NCBI GenBank assembly: GCA_001600815.1
Contig: BCKZ01000009.1
Span: 336,194-400,193, forward strand
Reading direction: 5' to 3'
DNA from: Alloascoidea hylecoeti
Taxonomy: Eukaryota
DNA: 64,000 nucleotides
This document shows, piece after piece, positions 37,417-50,263 of the stretch; position 1 is the stretch's first letter; every line of letters starts with the position of its first letter. The notes beneath the pieces were generated by a model. The model did not search any database and had not been told where the DNA came from. It was given only the letters and a program-made list of their open reading frames with translations. Position numbers and translations under genes: made by a program.

Positions 37417-38351
37417 ATGAGACTTGGGTATATTCTTCCAACAGTAAGCTTTTCTTATGAAGAAACTTTAAAATGATGTATTTAGAGATGATCTAACCTG
37501 AATCTGCATCCTATAAAAAGAGATTTCTCGGCTGTCTTTCTCTAGATATAGCCACAGAACTGATAATAATAAATGGTATCCTGAATCATTTTAGTGGTAT
37601 TTATGGACTTGCTTCACTAGTAACAGGTATGTGTCCATAGTTTCTTTTTGGTCATATTAATTAGATAGCCTTATTAACCCCAAGACATATTGAAGGACAT
37701 TCAACTGGCTTTGTTCAATTATCTAGCAATATTCTATTAGTAATATCGATTCCCATATATATATTAACGCTGAAAAATATAAATAAAGTGAATCCCTATG
37801 TGATGTCACTTTTCACTCACTTTTATTTCATTGAAACTCTATTAACGATAGCGATCACTACATACTTTTCCCTTTTATGGTTTAAATTTGATAATCAGAA
37901 AGTTGAACCTATTCAAGATATTTTAGAACCTTCAGCACCCGACAATACAGACCAAGAGAAAATTCTCACGATTTTTACAACTATATTTTACATATTGTTC
38001 AGATTATACTCAACTCTTATTGTTGCTGCTTTTACAAAACGTACTATTTATCTTGAAGAGCGCCAGAGACAGTACAGCAATATATTTAGTGAAATATTTT
38101 CTGAGTCAAGTGATTCTTCTGAGATAAACTATAAAGATAATAGCTTAAATCCCAGAATTTCAAAGTGGGAGTTAATTCATTCGGCAGTTCTGTATTCTGC
38201 TGTTTATGTATATAAAAAGATTTGGAATGAAAAACCAAATGAAGATTCCAAACTTGTTCGAAAGGATCAAACAGCCAGACACATTCAAATATTGAAATGG
38301 CAACTCGAACAACTCAATAGCTTCCAACAAAGAAAGAAAAAGCTAGAATGA
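37417..38351 (+). CDS. KEI1: Kei1-like inositolphosphorylceramide synthase regulatory subunit; 3 exons (37417-37443, 37521-37626, 37696-38351)
   Basis: Spliced N-terminus MRLGYILPT|RFLGCLSLDIATELIIINGILNHFSGIYGLASLVTG|H matches the Kei1 pattern (LP..FLG..L..A.E...LN..SG.YG..L.TGH); donors GTAAGC and GTATGT, both acceptors AAG; several TM segments. Confidence 0.8.
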
Positions 38352-38840
38352 CAGTATGATCTATCCATATAATGGTAGATGCGAAATACTGTTTTAATTT
38401 TGGGTATTAACAACCAAATTCTGGTTAAATTATTTCTATTTATATGCAAAGCTTAAGTATATTTTATTTACTTTAAAATTCGATATATTTGAAGCTTAAG
38501 GTATCAATTATTGATATCAATATTAATGTTAATGATATCAGATATTGATGGGTGAATATTAGATATAAATAGCTTTATATATGGTCATATGTTTTCGCAT
38601 ATTTCATGATTTTAGTAGCAATAAAAATATTCGAAATATCAAGAAAATTATCCACACTTGAAGACATCTTAAAACATCCTACTATAATCTTATAGGGCCT
38701 ATACTGGTAGCTGGTACAGAGTTGCAAACTAAACACTGGTTTCATTGAAAATCCGGGTAACGTAAATTTTATCGATTTTGAAAAAAAAAAAAACTTCAAA
38801 ACTCATCGAGGTGGCTCAACATTAACAATAACTAATCAAA

Positions 38841-39354
38841 ATGGGAAAAGAAAAAAAAGAACACAAAGAATCTAGTGAAGACAACTACGATAAACGGGTA
38901 AACGAGGTGTTACCTTTTGCTCACCCATTGGCATCCAAGAAACTTAATAAAAAAGTTTTAAAGACTATTAAAAAAGGTATGTAATATTTTCATTAATACT
39001 CAGAGCTTCATTAACAATTAAATAGCTTCTAAGGCAAAACATGTTAAAAGGGGAACCAAAGAAGTAGTTAAGGCCTTGCGAAAAGGTGATAAGGGTCTTG
39101 TTATTCTTGCTGGTGATATTTCACCAGCAGATGTTATCTCACATATACCCGTTCTGTGCGAAGATCAAGGTGTTCCATATGTTTTCATTCCTTCAAAACA
39201 AGATTTAGGATCAGCTGGTGCAACAAAGAGACCTACTTCTGCTGTTTTCATCGTGCCAGGTGGTTCCAAGAAGAAGAGCGGGGATGCTGAAAAAGTTAAG
39301 GAATATAAGGAATCTTTTGATGAGGTCGTCAAAGAGGTTGGAAATACAGAATAA
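38841..39354 (+). CDS. NHP2: H/ACA snoRNP protein Nhp2 (L7Ae family); 2 exons (38841-38976, 39026-39354)
   Basis: LPFAHPLASKKLNKKVLKTIKK|ASKAKHVKRGTKEVVKALRKG..LAGDISPADVISHIPVLCED..DLGSAGATKRPTS; intron 38977-39025 GTATGT..ATTAAC..TAG. Confidence 0.96.
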
Positions 39355-39635
39355 ATAATTTTCAAAACTTCAGGTTTAAAAGAGTTTTATGGGTTTTGTT
39401 TTACTATATTAGATATCAATATTTTATTTTGTTTGCATTAAACCTATAGATTCAAGTTGAATTGGAATTGACTACCATCACAAACATTTACAGTTGTAAT
39501 ATATCCAAAATATCAAAATATCTATTTATATATGCTAATTATATTTATGGATTTATGTAGTAAGTATATACACATTTAAAAATTATGACCAATAATTTAA
39601 TAACAGAATCCTTATAAATATTTATAAGATTAAAT

Positions 39636-41714
39636 TTATAATTGTGACTTCACCCATCCTTCCAATCCACCTTTGATAATTATTTCTTGTAAGTTTGTAC
39701 CCAATTCTCCAACTTTTTGTTTCAAAATAACTTTTCCATCCTTACCTTCTGTGACGGTTACTGAAGATTCCTGGACATTCCAAGTAGCCCACCATCCGGT
39801 ACGTCTCGTTAGTTCTGGTTCGGAATCCTTATACTTTTCCCTAAGCATACCAATAAGATCTGGAATCTCCAACGTCATTAGAGCGTTGTTGATACTGTTA
39901 CGAGAGAAAATATTACCAAAAGAACCAGCAATTACCAATTTCATATCACGGGCAAGAATAGCTGTAGCGGCTTGTTCTCTCGAGGAACCCGTACCAAAGT
40001 TGAAACCTGAAATAATAATATCGCCAGCTTTAGTTTTTGAACCAAATTCAGAATCATAGTTTTCCATGCAAACTTCTGCCATCTTTTCTCGAGTGACATC
40101 GTCTTGATAAGTGTATTTACCGGGATATATTCCATCAGTATTAATGTTATCTGCATCACAAAGAACAAGTTCTCCTTCAATCTTACTTGGAAATCCATCA
40201 AGAATATTTATAGCACTTCCGGTATCTTCAGGAGAAGCACTAGAATCAGCAATAGCTATACTACTCTTGATTCCTTGTGTAGATGGAGCTTCTTTACCAT
40301 GCACTTCTTCGGGAAATGCAATCTTTCCCACTACTGCAGAAGCAGCAACAACCGCTGGAGAAGCGAGATAAGCAAGAGCATCTCGACTTCCCATTCTACC
40401 TTTGAAATTACGATTAGTTGCTGAAATACCAACTTCACCATCCTTTAGCAAGCCAGCACCTAGACCGATACATGGACCACAACCTGCCGGTAGAGGAATT
40501 GCACCAGCATCTAGTAATGTTTTCCAAGCACCGACAGCTTCAGCATCCTTTTGAACATTAGAGGAAGCGGCAGCTATGTAAAATTCAACACCAGGGGCAA
40601 CCTTTTGATTTTCGATAACTGATGCTGCTTCTTTAATATCGCTCAATCGACTATTTGTACATGAGACTAGGTATGCTTTATTGATTTTGATATTTTGATT
40701 TGAAAGATCTGTCAGAGAGGTTGAAATCTTAACTGAATTTGGACCTGAAACATAAGGTGCCAATGATTCAAGATCCAATATTAGGTGTTTGGCATATCTT
40801 GCTTCAGGATCAGCAGAAACTAGTTGTGATTCTAAAGCATCGATAGTATTTTTGTTAACTCTTGGATGTGGCTGGGGAAGTTTAGTGATACGTTCTCTGT
40901 ACCACTGGATCAATGTTTTATCAACCGGGAAAAGACCAGATAAAGCACCCCATTCTGTTGTCATATTAGCAATTGTCAATCTAGAATCGATTGATAGAGC
41001 TTCTATCTCATCGCCTACGAATTCAATGGCATGATTTAAAACTTCATCATTATTGAACACACCACATAAAGCCACAATGACATCTTTACCAGACACACCA
41101 TTGGGTAGTCTACCTTTTAGTTCGACTTTTGCAACAGGAGGGATTTGCCACCAAGTTTGACCAGTGGCCCAAATAGAAGCGGCATCAGTTCTAACGATAG
41201 GAGTTCCTAACCCTCCAATTCCACCATATGTATTGGAGTGTGAGTCAGATGCAACACATAATTTTAATGGGAAAGCATAGCCTTCTTCTACCATTATTTG
41301 ATGACCAATCCCTCTTCCAGCAGGATAAAAGTCAATTCCTTGCTCCTTTGCGAATAGTTCAATATTTTTGTACTTTGTCAAGTTTTTTTCAGTTTTGTTT
41401 TGAACATCATGATCAAGAGTCATGACGATCTGTCTATTATCTCTGACGTTTGCAGCGCCTAGACCTTTAAATTTAAGAGCGACTGGCCATGTATTGTCAT
41501 GTGTCATACAATGAGCAGGACGGATAGAGACATAGTCACCACTTCTAACAATTTTCCCTTCGGGTAGGCCAACTGCAGCCTTTTGAACTATCTTTTCTGT
41601 GAGATTCTGGGGAACATAAGGTTTAGTTGTTGCGAAACCTCTCCGAGTCAAAACAGATAAGTTGAGATTCCTTCTGAGTAGAGGGCTTCTCATTAAATTC
41701 GTTCGTAGACCCAT
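39636..41714 (-). CDS. LYS4: Homoaconitase, mitochondrial (alpha-aminoadipate lysine pathway)
   Basis: Presequence; [64 protein letters not shown]. Confidence 0.97.
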   Translation of the reverse strand: MGLRTNLMRSPLLRRNLNLSVLTRRGFATTKPYVPQNLTEKIVQKAAVGLPEGKIVRSGDYVSIRPAHCMTHDNTWPVALKFKGLGAANVRDNRQIVMTLDHDVQNKTEKNLTKYKNIELFAKEQGIDFYPAGRGIGHQIMVEEGYAFPLKLCVASDSHSNTYGGIGGLGTPIVRTDAASIWATGQTWWQIPPVAKVELKGRLPNGVSGKDVIVALCGVFNNDEVLNHAIEFVGDEIEALSIDSRLTIANMTTEWGALSGLFPVDKTLIQWYRERITKLPQPHPRVNKNTIDALESQLVSADPEARYAKHLILDLESLAPYVSGPNSVKISTSLTDLSNQNIKINKAYLVSCTNSRLSDIKEAASVIENQKVAPGVEFYIAAASSNVQKDAEAVGAWKTLLDAGAIPLPAGCGPCIGLGAGLLKDGEVGISATNRNFKGRMGSRDALAYLASPAVVAASAVVGKIAFPEEVHGKEAPSTQGIKSSIAIADSSASPEDTGSAINILDGFPSKIEGELVLCDADNINTDGIYPGKYTYQDDVTREKMAEVCMENYDSEFGSKTKAGDIIISGFNFGTGSSREQAATAILARDMKLVIAGSFGNIFSRNSINNALMTLEIPDLIGMLREKYKDSEPELTRRTGWWATWNVQESSVTVTEGKDGKVILKQKVGELGTNLQEIIIKGGLEGWVKSQL

Positions 41715-41927
41715 TGATATAGATAGTAATATATATAAAAGGTGGAGGTTGAAGTTTTCAAGATTTAAAAGCTAAAAATGTGTCATCGCTTGAAATCCTC
41801 AATTTGAGTGGTCGATATGCTGACGTAACCTGCTTATGCTCAAACCCAATTTGGTGGAAATAATCCACGTGATCACCGGTTACCTCAGCATCTTAAATTT
41901 GATGAAATATGATAATATGCTATTCAC

Positions 41928-44185
41928 ATGGAGCTCAACAATTCCAACAGCAGGAAATCTCCCAAACTTCCTATTGAGAAATATCGTTGGTATCAGCCGA
42001 ATATTATATTTGACTCTAGATCTCTTATTCTAATGCCTTCTCATTATAGGAAATGAACTACTGTATCTGATAGAAACAAACCAGGTTACAATTCTTGTGG
42101 GACACACAGGTTGTGGGAAAACAACTCGTAAGTGAGGAATTGAGAACCAATTGTGGCACATATTCAACTTTAACTAATTTTAAAACCATAGAACTTCCTC
42201 GTTTTCTTTACGAAGCCGGTTGGACATCTGATGGTTCCCTAATTGCCTGTACCCAACCTCGAAGACTAGCCGCCATCTCAGTAGCCACACATGTTAGTGA
42301 AGAAATGAATTCCCAACTAGGTGAAATTGTTGGATATTCAGTTAGATTTGAAGATACTACAACCAACACAACAAAAATTAAATATGTTACAGACGGATTA
42401 TTGTTGAGAGAAGCATTACTTGATCCCCTACTACGAAGATATAGCATAATTATGATAGACGAAGCCCATGAACGTACAATTTCTACTGATATCTTATTAG
42501 GCTTATTGAAAAAGATTCTGAGATTTAGAAAAAATTTACGTGTTATTATCTCAAGCGCTACAGTGCTGGTCGATGAATTTGAAAAATTCTTCAAGAAGGC
42601 ATCACACGGAAAACACGACCTAGCAGATGCTTTATCCGTTGCAAAAATCTGTGTTGAAGGTAAATTATTTCCTGTTGATATCTTATATCTCTCAGAACCA
42701 TGCCAAGATTATGTTACTGCAACTGTGAATACTATCATAAAAATTCATCAATCAGAACCTATTGGCGATATTTTGGCATTTGTTACAGGAAGAGATGAAG
42801 TAAATAGCATTTTATCAGATCTATTGTTGCAATTAGAACCTCTGAAGAAATCCAAACCTTTCAGACTGTTACCTTTATATGCTGGACTTCCAAGGGATGA
42901 CTTTCAACTTCTTTTTGAGCCTTCAGATATCGGTGAACGGAAAATCATAGTTTCTACAAATGTTGCTGAAACTTCTGTCACTATTGATGGTGTCAAATAT
43001 GTTATCGACTGTGGGGTAACAAAAGAACCATTTTATTATCCAGAGACAGGTATAACAAAGATTATTTCTGTTTCAGAATCAAAAGCATCTGCCATCCAAC
43101 GGGCAGGGAGAGCAGGTAGAACTTCTAGTGGAAAGTGTTTTAGGTTATATCCAGAATCATGTTTCAAAGACAACACTATAATGTCTGATGCAATTGTGCC
43201 GGAAATACAAAGAATTGATATTACTGGTATGATTGTTCAATTAAAGGCTTTGGGAATAGAAAATGTAGTTCAGTTTGATTACTTGACAAGTCCAGACCCC
43301 ACTTCAATGGCCTCATCGCTTGAACATCTCAACGCCTTGAGAGTAATCGATGATTATGGGAAATTGACGAAACCGGACGGTGAATTCGTCGCTGAGCTCC
43401 CTCTTGATCCGAGAATGGCTAGTTGCCTTGTGAGATCACATGAACATAATTGCACGAAAGAAATATTGAGTATAACAGCAATGATAACGATATATGAGAC
43501 ACTGTATATTAATTCTCCAAATGGTAATCGATCGTATTCTGAAGCTGATCGATATGATGAACAGGGTATAACTAAACTGATTGCACTCGAAGGCGATCAT
43601 ATCACCCTTTTAAATATATTTCAGGCATTTCTTTCAAGAAGAAATAATAAATCTCCAACCTGGGCGCGAAAACACGGTCTTAACTATCAAGCGCTACTAA
43701 AAGCGGAAAGCGTAAGACGACAATTGGAACATTATATGGAACGGTTACATATTTCTAAATCTAATATTAATACAATTGAAAGGGGCAATGAAAGCAAAGG
43801 ATATGAGAATTCTAAAGTACACGATATTCTGCGCTGTCTTGTAGGTGGATATTTTGATCATTCGGCCAAGATGTTAGGAAATGGGTCACTTGAACTGATA
43901 GCAAAAGATCGAGATAGTTCCGGTGGCGTACGCATTAAAGAAACAGGTCCAATTTGGATTCATCCGGATTCGGTTTTATTCCACCAGTCGGTAGAGTACG
44001 TAATATTTCAGGGAGGTGAGTATCGTGCTTAATATTATTTTGCTTGTGATAACTAGCTAAACCAATACTAACTCCGAATGTCTCATACATATACAGTGCG
44101 AGAAACAAAAGGAAAAGCATATTTGAGCATTGTTTCAAAGATTAACAAGTTGTGGCTTCGAAACAGAAATCATCAGCTTAAATAG
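41928..44185 (+). CDS. DHX35: DEAH-box RNA helicase, DHX35-like; 4 exons (41928-41985, 42050-42127, 42192-44015, 44097-44185)
   Basis: LPIEKY|RNELLYLIE..VGHTGCGKTT|QLPRFLYEAGW, TQPRRLAA, DEAH, SAT, QRAGRAGR; introns GTTGGT..TAG, GTAAGT..TAG, GTGAGT..TACTAAC..CAG restore frame. Short N-terminus and LLYL.E / EAGW signature fit DHX35. Confidence 0.85.
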
Positions 44186-44807
44186 ATATAGGACCTTTGT
44201 CGTTAGGGGTTGGAAAAGACAAAGACAGTTAATGATGGCCATGGAGGGCCCGCGGAGGCCCGGGAAAACATGGAATGTTAGTTGATTTTAATCATCGGGT
44301 GAATATATCTCACAATTGCAATTAATTTGAATTAGAGCTATGAATGACCCGACAACCGAACCCATTCTATTGGTAGTATAATAATATCTTGATTGAAATT
44401 TTTACACCACCATGCCCAGATCTACACGGTCGTTTGTACCATGATCCGTGCCACGAATAGTGTAGATCTTGTAACAGAATCAGGAAGGAGAAGAAGAAGG
44501 AGGAGATACAGGGGAACTCGCAATTGCCAGCGAATTCGGAGGTGTGAATTGGAATTAGGTCTTTTTCGATCCGCGATATCAGATCAGGGGGTGTTTGGAT
44601 GCACCCGAATTAACATGATTTAAAAGGTTGAATTGTCTTCCCCTTTATTTCTTCTCCTTTTCTATTCTCTTCAATATCTGTTCCTGGACGGCTTTGCCAC
44701 TTATCTGTTATATCATAGATATTGTCACATTATTACCGTACTACGAATAACCTTAGTTTTGGCCGTGCGACCTTCTTATCTGTTCCATCCTTTTATTGAA
44801 AATTACC

Positions 44808-45724
44808 ATGCCTGCAGTTACAGTTCCTCACATTCTCACCTGGGATAATCCCATTGCTACCGGCAAAACTTTTTCTCTCATAATTTTTGCCCTGTATGTC
44901 GTCAAATATGTCAATGTCCTCAGAGTCTTCTTATTTCTGTCCTACCCGGTTTTGTTCTGTAAGTTTAACTTCCATTTCAAGTTTAGCTTCAAGTTATGAT
45001 CTGATTATAGACTCTTGGCTTCAAATCCTAACAAAAGCTTATTTCAAATTTAGTATCCGCCGCTATTGAATATCTAGGAAGACGTATACAGAAATCCCCA
45101 ACTGGATTTGTCTCAAAATTCAAGCCAAAGTATCTTACTATTCCTCAAGATGCTGCTGAGAATTTTTTTTCTTTCCTGTTTAAAACATCTAATAGTGTTC
45201 TTTCCCATGGTCAAAAGATCTTCTACTCAGAAAGCTGTCACACGACATTTGTTGCGGCAATTTCCTCTTGGTTTTTATATCAGTTCACCGGTTTGGTATC
45301 TATCTGGACTTTAGCTACAATTGCTACTATTGTCGCATTCTCTGTTCCTGCCATTTACATTCGATTCCAGAAAGAAATTGACCAAGGGGTTTCTTCTGGA
45401 GTTGTTTTTGCGAAAGCTAAAGTTGGAGAGGCTCGCGTGATTGCTGCACAGAAAGCTGCTCCTATCCGCGCTAAGATCGACGAGAAAATCGCCCCTGTTC
45501 GTGCTAAAGTTGATGCTAAATTAAGTCCCATCAGATCACGATTCGGAAGAAAAGTTCCTGTTTCTAACGGGGAATCAACTGGTGTTAAACCTTTTGTTGA
45601 GTCTACGGAAAAGTTCACTACTTTCAATGAACCTGTTACATTCGAGAAATCTCCTTCGTTTGCCGATGTTCCAATACCAGCTACTCAGATAAATGGTAAA
45701 AGATCATCTCAGATTGTAGCTTAG
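44808..45724 (+). CDS. RTN1: Reticulon-like ER-shaping protein; 2 exons (44808-44958, 45054-45724)
   Basis: ILTWDNPIATGKTF, two long hydrophobic hairpins, FSVPAIY..FQKEID; intron 44959-45053 GTAAGT..CCTAAC..TAG. Confidence 0.88.
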
Positions 45725-46348
45725 ATCCTTGATGTCAGTCATGGAGAATTTTAGACAACTTGAGATTGTAATCAATTAGCGCGCAGACATATGTTAGTAA
45801 TTTTGGGTGGTTGTCACGAGAGGTGTATATTGTGGTGAAAGGCATTTCGATGTTTAATTTTTTTGATTACAAATAGCTTATGGGTTTATATTTAATATAG
45901 GTATAGCTATAAGATTTTGGTTGCTTATCTTCTTTCTATTTTATTCATTCAATATTTCTGTTTACAAATATAATTTTATTGCAATTGATTATAAGATAGG
46001 GCTTTCGTTCATTATGAATTCATGTTATTAATTGATTTAATGAAATATTAGTGAAGTTCGTGAATATGAAACGGCTTAAATTGTAGCTAAATGTATTTGC
46101 AATTATACTTCTATATGGTATATCTAGTTATGATCATCGATAACGATCGTAAAATTACATCTTTTGTGGCTATATATGGATTCAAAAGGAAAGTAGATGT
46201 TATTGATATATCTGCCTGGATTTGGTAATTATAGGAAATCTGATAATAAGATTAATACTAAATGTTAGTTGTTCTAGAGACCTTGAATTTTCGATGTAAA
46301 AACTTATACTGCTATAGCTGTAAATCATAGGATATGATATTTCAAAAA

Positions 46349-46991
46349 TTATAAAGTCAAAAGATATTTTTGTAGTTTTTCCAATGATTTTCCTCTATGA
46401 CTGATACTATTTTTCAAATCTTTAGGCATTTCTGCATAAGTTTGTGTGTAACCTTTTGGCTGGAAAACTGAATCCCATCCAAACACAGTGGGTCCTCTAG
46501 AGGGTACAATATCACCCTCAGTAATTCCCTGAAATATCTCTACTTCAGCTTTTGGCCCGGAACAATAACCGAATGTGCAAACCGCTTTTGCCGTCTTATC
46601 GGGGTAAGCCGCAAGAAGATTATTCAATCCCTCATGCCCAATTGATTTCATAAACCATTTTCTATTTCATACAACTGTTAAATTATTATTTCGCTAAATG
46701 TAAAGAGAAGTAATATATCACTTACATATAAGGACCTGGTAGTCCATTTAAGGCATCAAAACATAGCGATGTATCTTCAACAAGAACCGGACCTCCAACT
46801 ACGGAAGCAGCTGCCTTGGCTTTATGTATCGTAACCTCTTCTAACGTTCCTTGGATTTCATCCAAATCTACATTTTGATTTGTAATCATGAACTTTCCAA
46901 CCTGGGTAGATTCAGAGCCATTGGACAGAATTTTAACAACTTCTTTCAGTTTGTTAGCATTTCCCGTGACAAATGTGATTGTATTTGACAT
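46349..46991 (-). CDS. HAM1: Inosine triphosphate pyrophosphatase; 2 exons (46991-46726, 46661-46349)
   Basis: [43 protein letters not shown]; intron 46662-46725 GTAAGT..TAG. Confidence 0.96.
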
Positions 46992-47369
46992 AATGATTAT
47001 ATATAACGTATTGCAATTGAGTATAGATATGTAGATTTGGATTCATTAGAGAACTGTCGAATGAAATATGCAACAGTTGTATGGATGTTAAACAAAAAAA
47101 TTCCTATATATAGCTATGATATAAAGTTTATATCAATTATGTCTTGCACACCTCTGAAAACTTAGAGCATATTCCCTCCCCAAAAACTTGTATGTTCGAA
47201 AGTAGAATGGAAGTCTGTCTACATCTGATAATGTTATAGACTCAAAAGCGTCTAGAGGAAACGAGAAAGGTATACTTCAAGTGCAAAAAAAAGGAAATAA
47301 CATAATATTAATCATTAATAGAAGTTGTTACTACATTTGCCAGCGCTAACTGTAAAAAAATAATATATA

Positions 47370-49748
47370 TCAAGCAGCTATACTGGCTTGGTTTTCATAG
47401 AATTCAATAATCTGTTCGGAGCTAGTAGCATCCTCTGGAGTTTTATCTTCCCGAACTCTGATAAATCTGGGAAATCTCAATGATATACCCTTGCCAAATC
47501 TTTCAATTCCAGCCTTATAAATAGGAGACAGGGAAAGATCAGCAGTCAATACTTCCCAGACCATTGATGGTTCAAACCAAACATCAGGAGTATTGTTTGA
47601 AGCGGTGTCATAAACAATGTATGATTTAGGGTTTGGAATCACTGTTTTGGACAAAATATCATGAAACTTTTTTAAATCTTCCTCGCTAAAACCTGTTCCT
47701 ATTTTGCAGATGGTTTCATATTCGCCAGTATTAGAATTATAACAGCCCAGTAGAAATCCACCATAAACACTCGTTCTCTTACCACGACCGTGATAGGCAC
47801 CAAGAACAATCAGATCTAGAGAATCACCAACTCCTTGCAAGTAATCTTTTTTCAACTTCAACCAATTTCTACTTCTCTTACTTGGTTCATATTGACTCTC
47901 AGAACCATCTAATACTTTGACCATTAAGCCTTCACAACTATCTTTCATACTCTGATCCAAGAAAGTTTGAATATCGTCAATGTTAGAAGAGTCCATAGCG
48001 GTGGCAAAGTTGAACTTATTTGGCACAACTTGTAATACTTTCTGCATTATAGAGCGGCGTTCGCATAGTTGTCGTTTAATTAAAGGCTCTTCATTTAGAC
48101 TTAAAATATCAAAAGCAAATAAACAAACATTAACAGTAATATTTCCCTCTTGAACGTCTTTTCTTTTCCTTGTAGAAAGGACCTGAAAAGGTAAAATCTT
48201 TTGTTGTTTCACATCCCAAGCAACAGCTTCGCAATCCAAAATTAGTGAGCTTGTATTTGATTCTGTATTAATAAATCCTTGAACCGATGAGATAATGTCG
48301 GGATATCTCTGTGACATATCCTCAGAATTACGGGAATAAACACAAACTGATCCATTAGAAAGCAAATGTACTTGAGCTCTTTCACCATCGTATTTGTATT
48401 CACATGTAAATTTCTCCCCTTGAAATCTATCAAGAACTTCGGTGATTGATTTTGTTGGTTTAGCCAACATGGGTTTTAAAGGAATACCAGTTGTTAATTT
48501 GATTGACTCTTTTAACTTATCAATGCCTTTCTCAATTATAGCTTCAATAATAATTTTATAATTTGGAACTTGATAAAAAACCTCTTTTATTTGTTCTTCT
48601 GCCATTACGAACCTTTCGGGGTTAATTTTGCCTTTCTTTCCTGATTTATCATGCTCCCACATTACAAAGGCTTGAGAGAGAGCTACTAAAACAGACTTTT
48701 CCGCTAGACCAATTCTCAATTTACCTTCTAAACTTCTAATCAGGTACTTTGCTTCAACACCTTTACAGGCAGTCATCATTCTATTTATGATTGTAATTTT
48801 TTTAGCTTGTGACTGATTACCTGTAGAAGTTGCAATATCTTTTAAATTTTTAAATACAACATCAACATCTAATGGTTTGGATCTAAACATTGTTGATTGA
48901 TTTGAACGAGATTGTTGTGCCACAGTTCCTAGATCTCCAATCTTTTTATATTCCTTTCTAATTAAGGATTGACCACGACCCGTGCCCTCTGCGATAGCTT
49001 TGATAAGAATAGATTCACCTAATCCAAGCTCAAGCCCTTCATAATCTGGACCAAGTCGACTAATAAAGAGGAAAGTAACAGGAACAAGATCCAAAGGATT
49101 TGTTTTCAACACTTGTAAGAAGAATGCGGAACAGTCGCTGACAATTTGAAGTCGTGATGATATGGATTCAATTTTCGCAAATGTATCGCAAACAGCAGCA
49201 TATGGTACTGGATCATTAGATTTCCATTGAATTTCCTTGGACAGTTTAGAGGATGATATATTTAAGGATGAAATCTTAAGAAGTTTAGCGTCTTTCGCGT
49301 CTTTCACATCTTCCATTTTTTCATTCACATTGTTATAATCCTGATCTTGCTCTACATCAGATGGTTCTTTGTTTTCATCATTAGTTGTTTTTTGGACGGG
49401 TTTTGTTTTCGTCTTCTGTTCTTTGGAATTTGATTCTATTTTCTTTTTTGGAGGATTTTCAGATTCCAGATCCTGCTCCCTTTCAATTGTGTCTTCATCA
49501 TCGGATTCAATAACTCTTCTTTTTCTCTTCAGTTTTGGATTTACATTTTCTTTTGATTCCTCCTCTTTTATTTCCTGTTGACCTTTCTCATTTATCTTTT
49601 TCAACTCTGCTTGTGTTTTATCATTTATTTCATTTCCTTCTGTCTTTAGCGGAGATACTTTTTGATCATCTGTCAGAGGATTTGCAGCCTTTTTAGAAAA
49701 AAAACTTGCAAGAGTTCGCTGTTTTGGTTTAAGGGTTGTTTCTGGCAT
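47370..49748 (-). CDS. CDC9: DNA ligase I; first ATG at 49748, frame open upstream to a TTG at 49934
   Basis: PIP-box QRTLASFF; KPMLAKP, EYKYDGERAQ, EGLMVK, WLKLKKDY, SLRFPRF. Confidence 0.97.
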   Translation of the reverse strand: MPETTLKPKQRTLASFFSKKAANPLTDDQKVSPLKTEGNEINDKTQAELKKINEKGQQEIKEEESKENVNPKLKRKRRVIESDDEDTIEREQDLESENPPKKKIESNSKEQKTKTKPVQKTTNDENKEPSDVEQDQDYNNVNEKMEDVKDAKDAKLLKISSLNISSSKLSKEIQWKSNDPVPYAAVCDTFAKIESISSRLQIVSDCSAFFLQVLKTNPLDLVPVTFLFISRLGPDYEGLELGLGESILIKAIAEGTGRGQSLIRKEYKKIGDLGTVAQQSRSNQSTMFRSKPLDVDVVFKNLKDIATSTGNQSQAKKITIINRMMTACKGVEAKYLIRSLEGKLRIGLAEKSVLVALSQAFVMWEHDKSGKKGKINPERFVMAEEQIKEVFYQVPNYKIIIEAIIEKGIDKLKESIKLTTGIPLKPMLAKPTKSITEVLDRFQGEKFTCEYKYDGERAQVHLLSNGSVCVYSRNSEDMSQRYPDIISSVQGFINTESNTSSLILDCEAVAWDVKQQKILPFQVLSTRKRKDVQEGNITVNVCLFAFDILSLNEEPLIKRQLCERRSIMQKVLQVVPNKFNFATAMDSSNIDDIQTFLDQSMKDSCEGLMVKVLDGSESQYEPSKRSRNWLKLKKDYLQGVGDSLDLIVLGAYHGRGKRTSVYGGFLLGCYNSNTGEYETICKIGTGFSEEDLKKFHDILSKTVIPNPKSYIVYDTASNNTPDVWFEPSMVWEVLTADLSLSPIYKAGIERFGKGISLRFPRFIRVREDKTPEDATSSEQIIEFYENQASIAA

Positions 49749-50196
49749 TGATAATAAAGTAGAAGTATAGTTTCGATATGGACGTGTATTAAAAAATATT
49801 AAACGCGTCTTTATCTGAAAAAAACAGTAGGTTGAAGATATATTTCCTAGGGTGTGTGAATATTTTGGAAAGGAAAGAATTCTTCTTTTTAACGGAAGTA
49901 AATATTGTGAGTTGAGTATATTGATTGGAAACAACGGGAATTTATAATAAAAATCTAAAAGGTGGTGGTGAAGGGCTGGACATAATTTACTAATTAGTAC
50001 TAATAGAAAGTCCCAAAATAGAAAATATGAAAAATATTAAAGAAAAATAAGCGAAAAATATTTAAATGTTCGTTTAATTTATGTTTATGATTTTTCTTAT
50101 TAGAAGTATCAAATAATTTGTATTTAAAAAATATTGGTAAATAAAAGTTTTTTCCTTTATTTTTTATTTGATGTGTGCCTATAATTATTCAAAAAG

Positions 50197-50203
50197 TGAG
50201 TCA
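50197..50203. promoter_or_regulatory. Gcn4/CpcA binding site upstream of TRP2
   Basis: TGAGTCA (= TGACTCA) about 60 bp upstream of the TRP2 ATG; TRP2 is an established general-control target. Confidence 0.6.
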
Positions 50204-50263
50204 ACCTTTTCAATTTTTAGATCATAATAGTTTTCACGTATAGATTTCTCCATATATACCACA

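Noticed and set aside
42095..42191. ORF-track N-terminus of the helicase (MWDTQVVGK...)
   Set aside because: Out-of-frame exon plus intron sequence; the true Walker A (GCGKTT) appears only after splicing. The same applies to the track starts or ends for KRE5, STE50, LSB5, BIK1, NHP2, RTN1 and HAM1.
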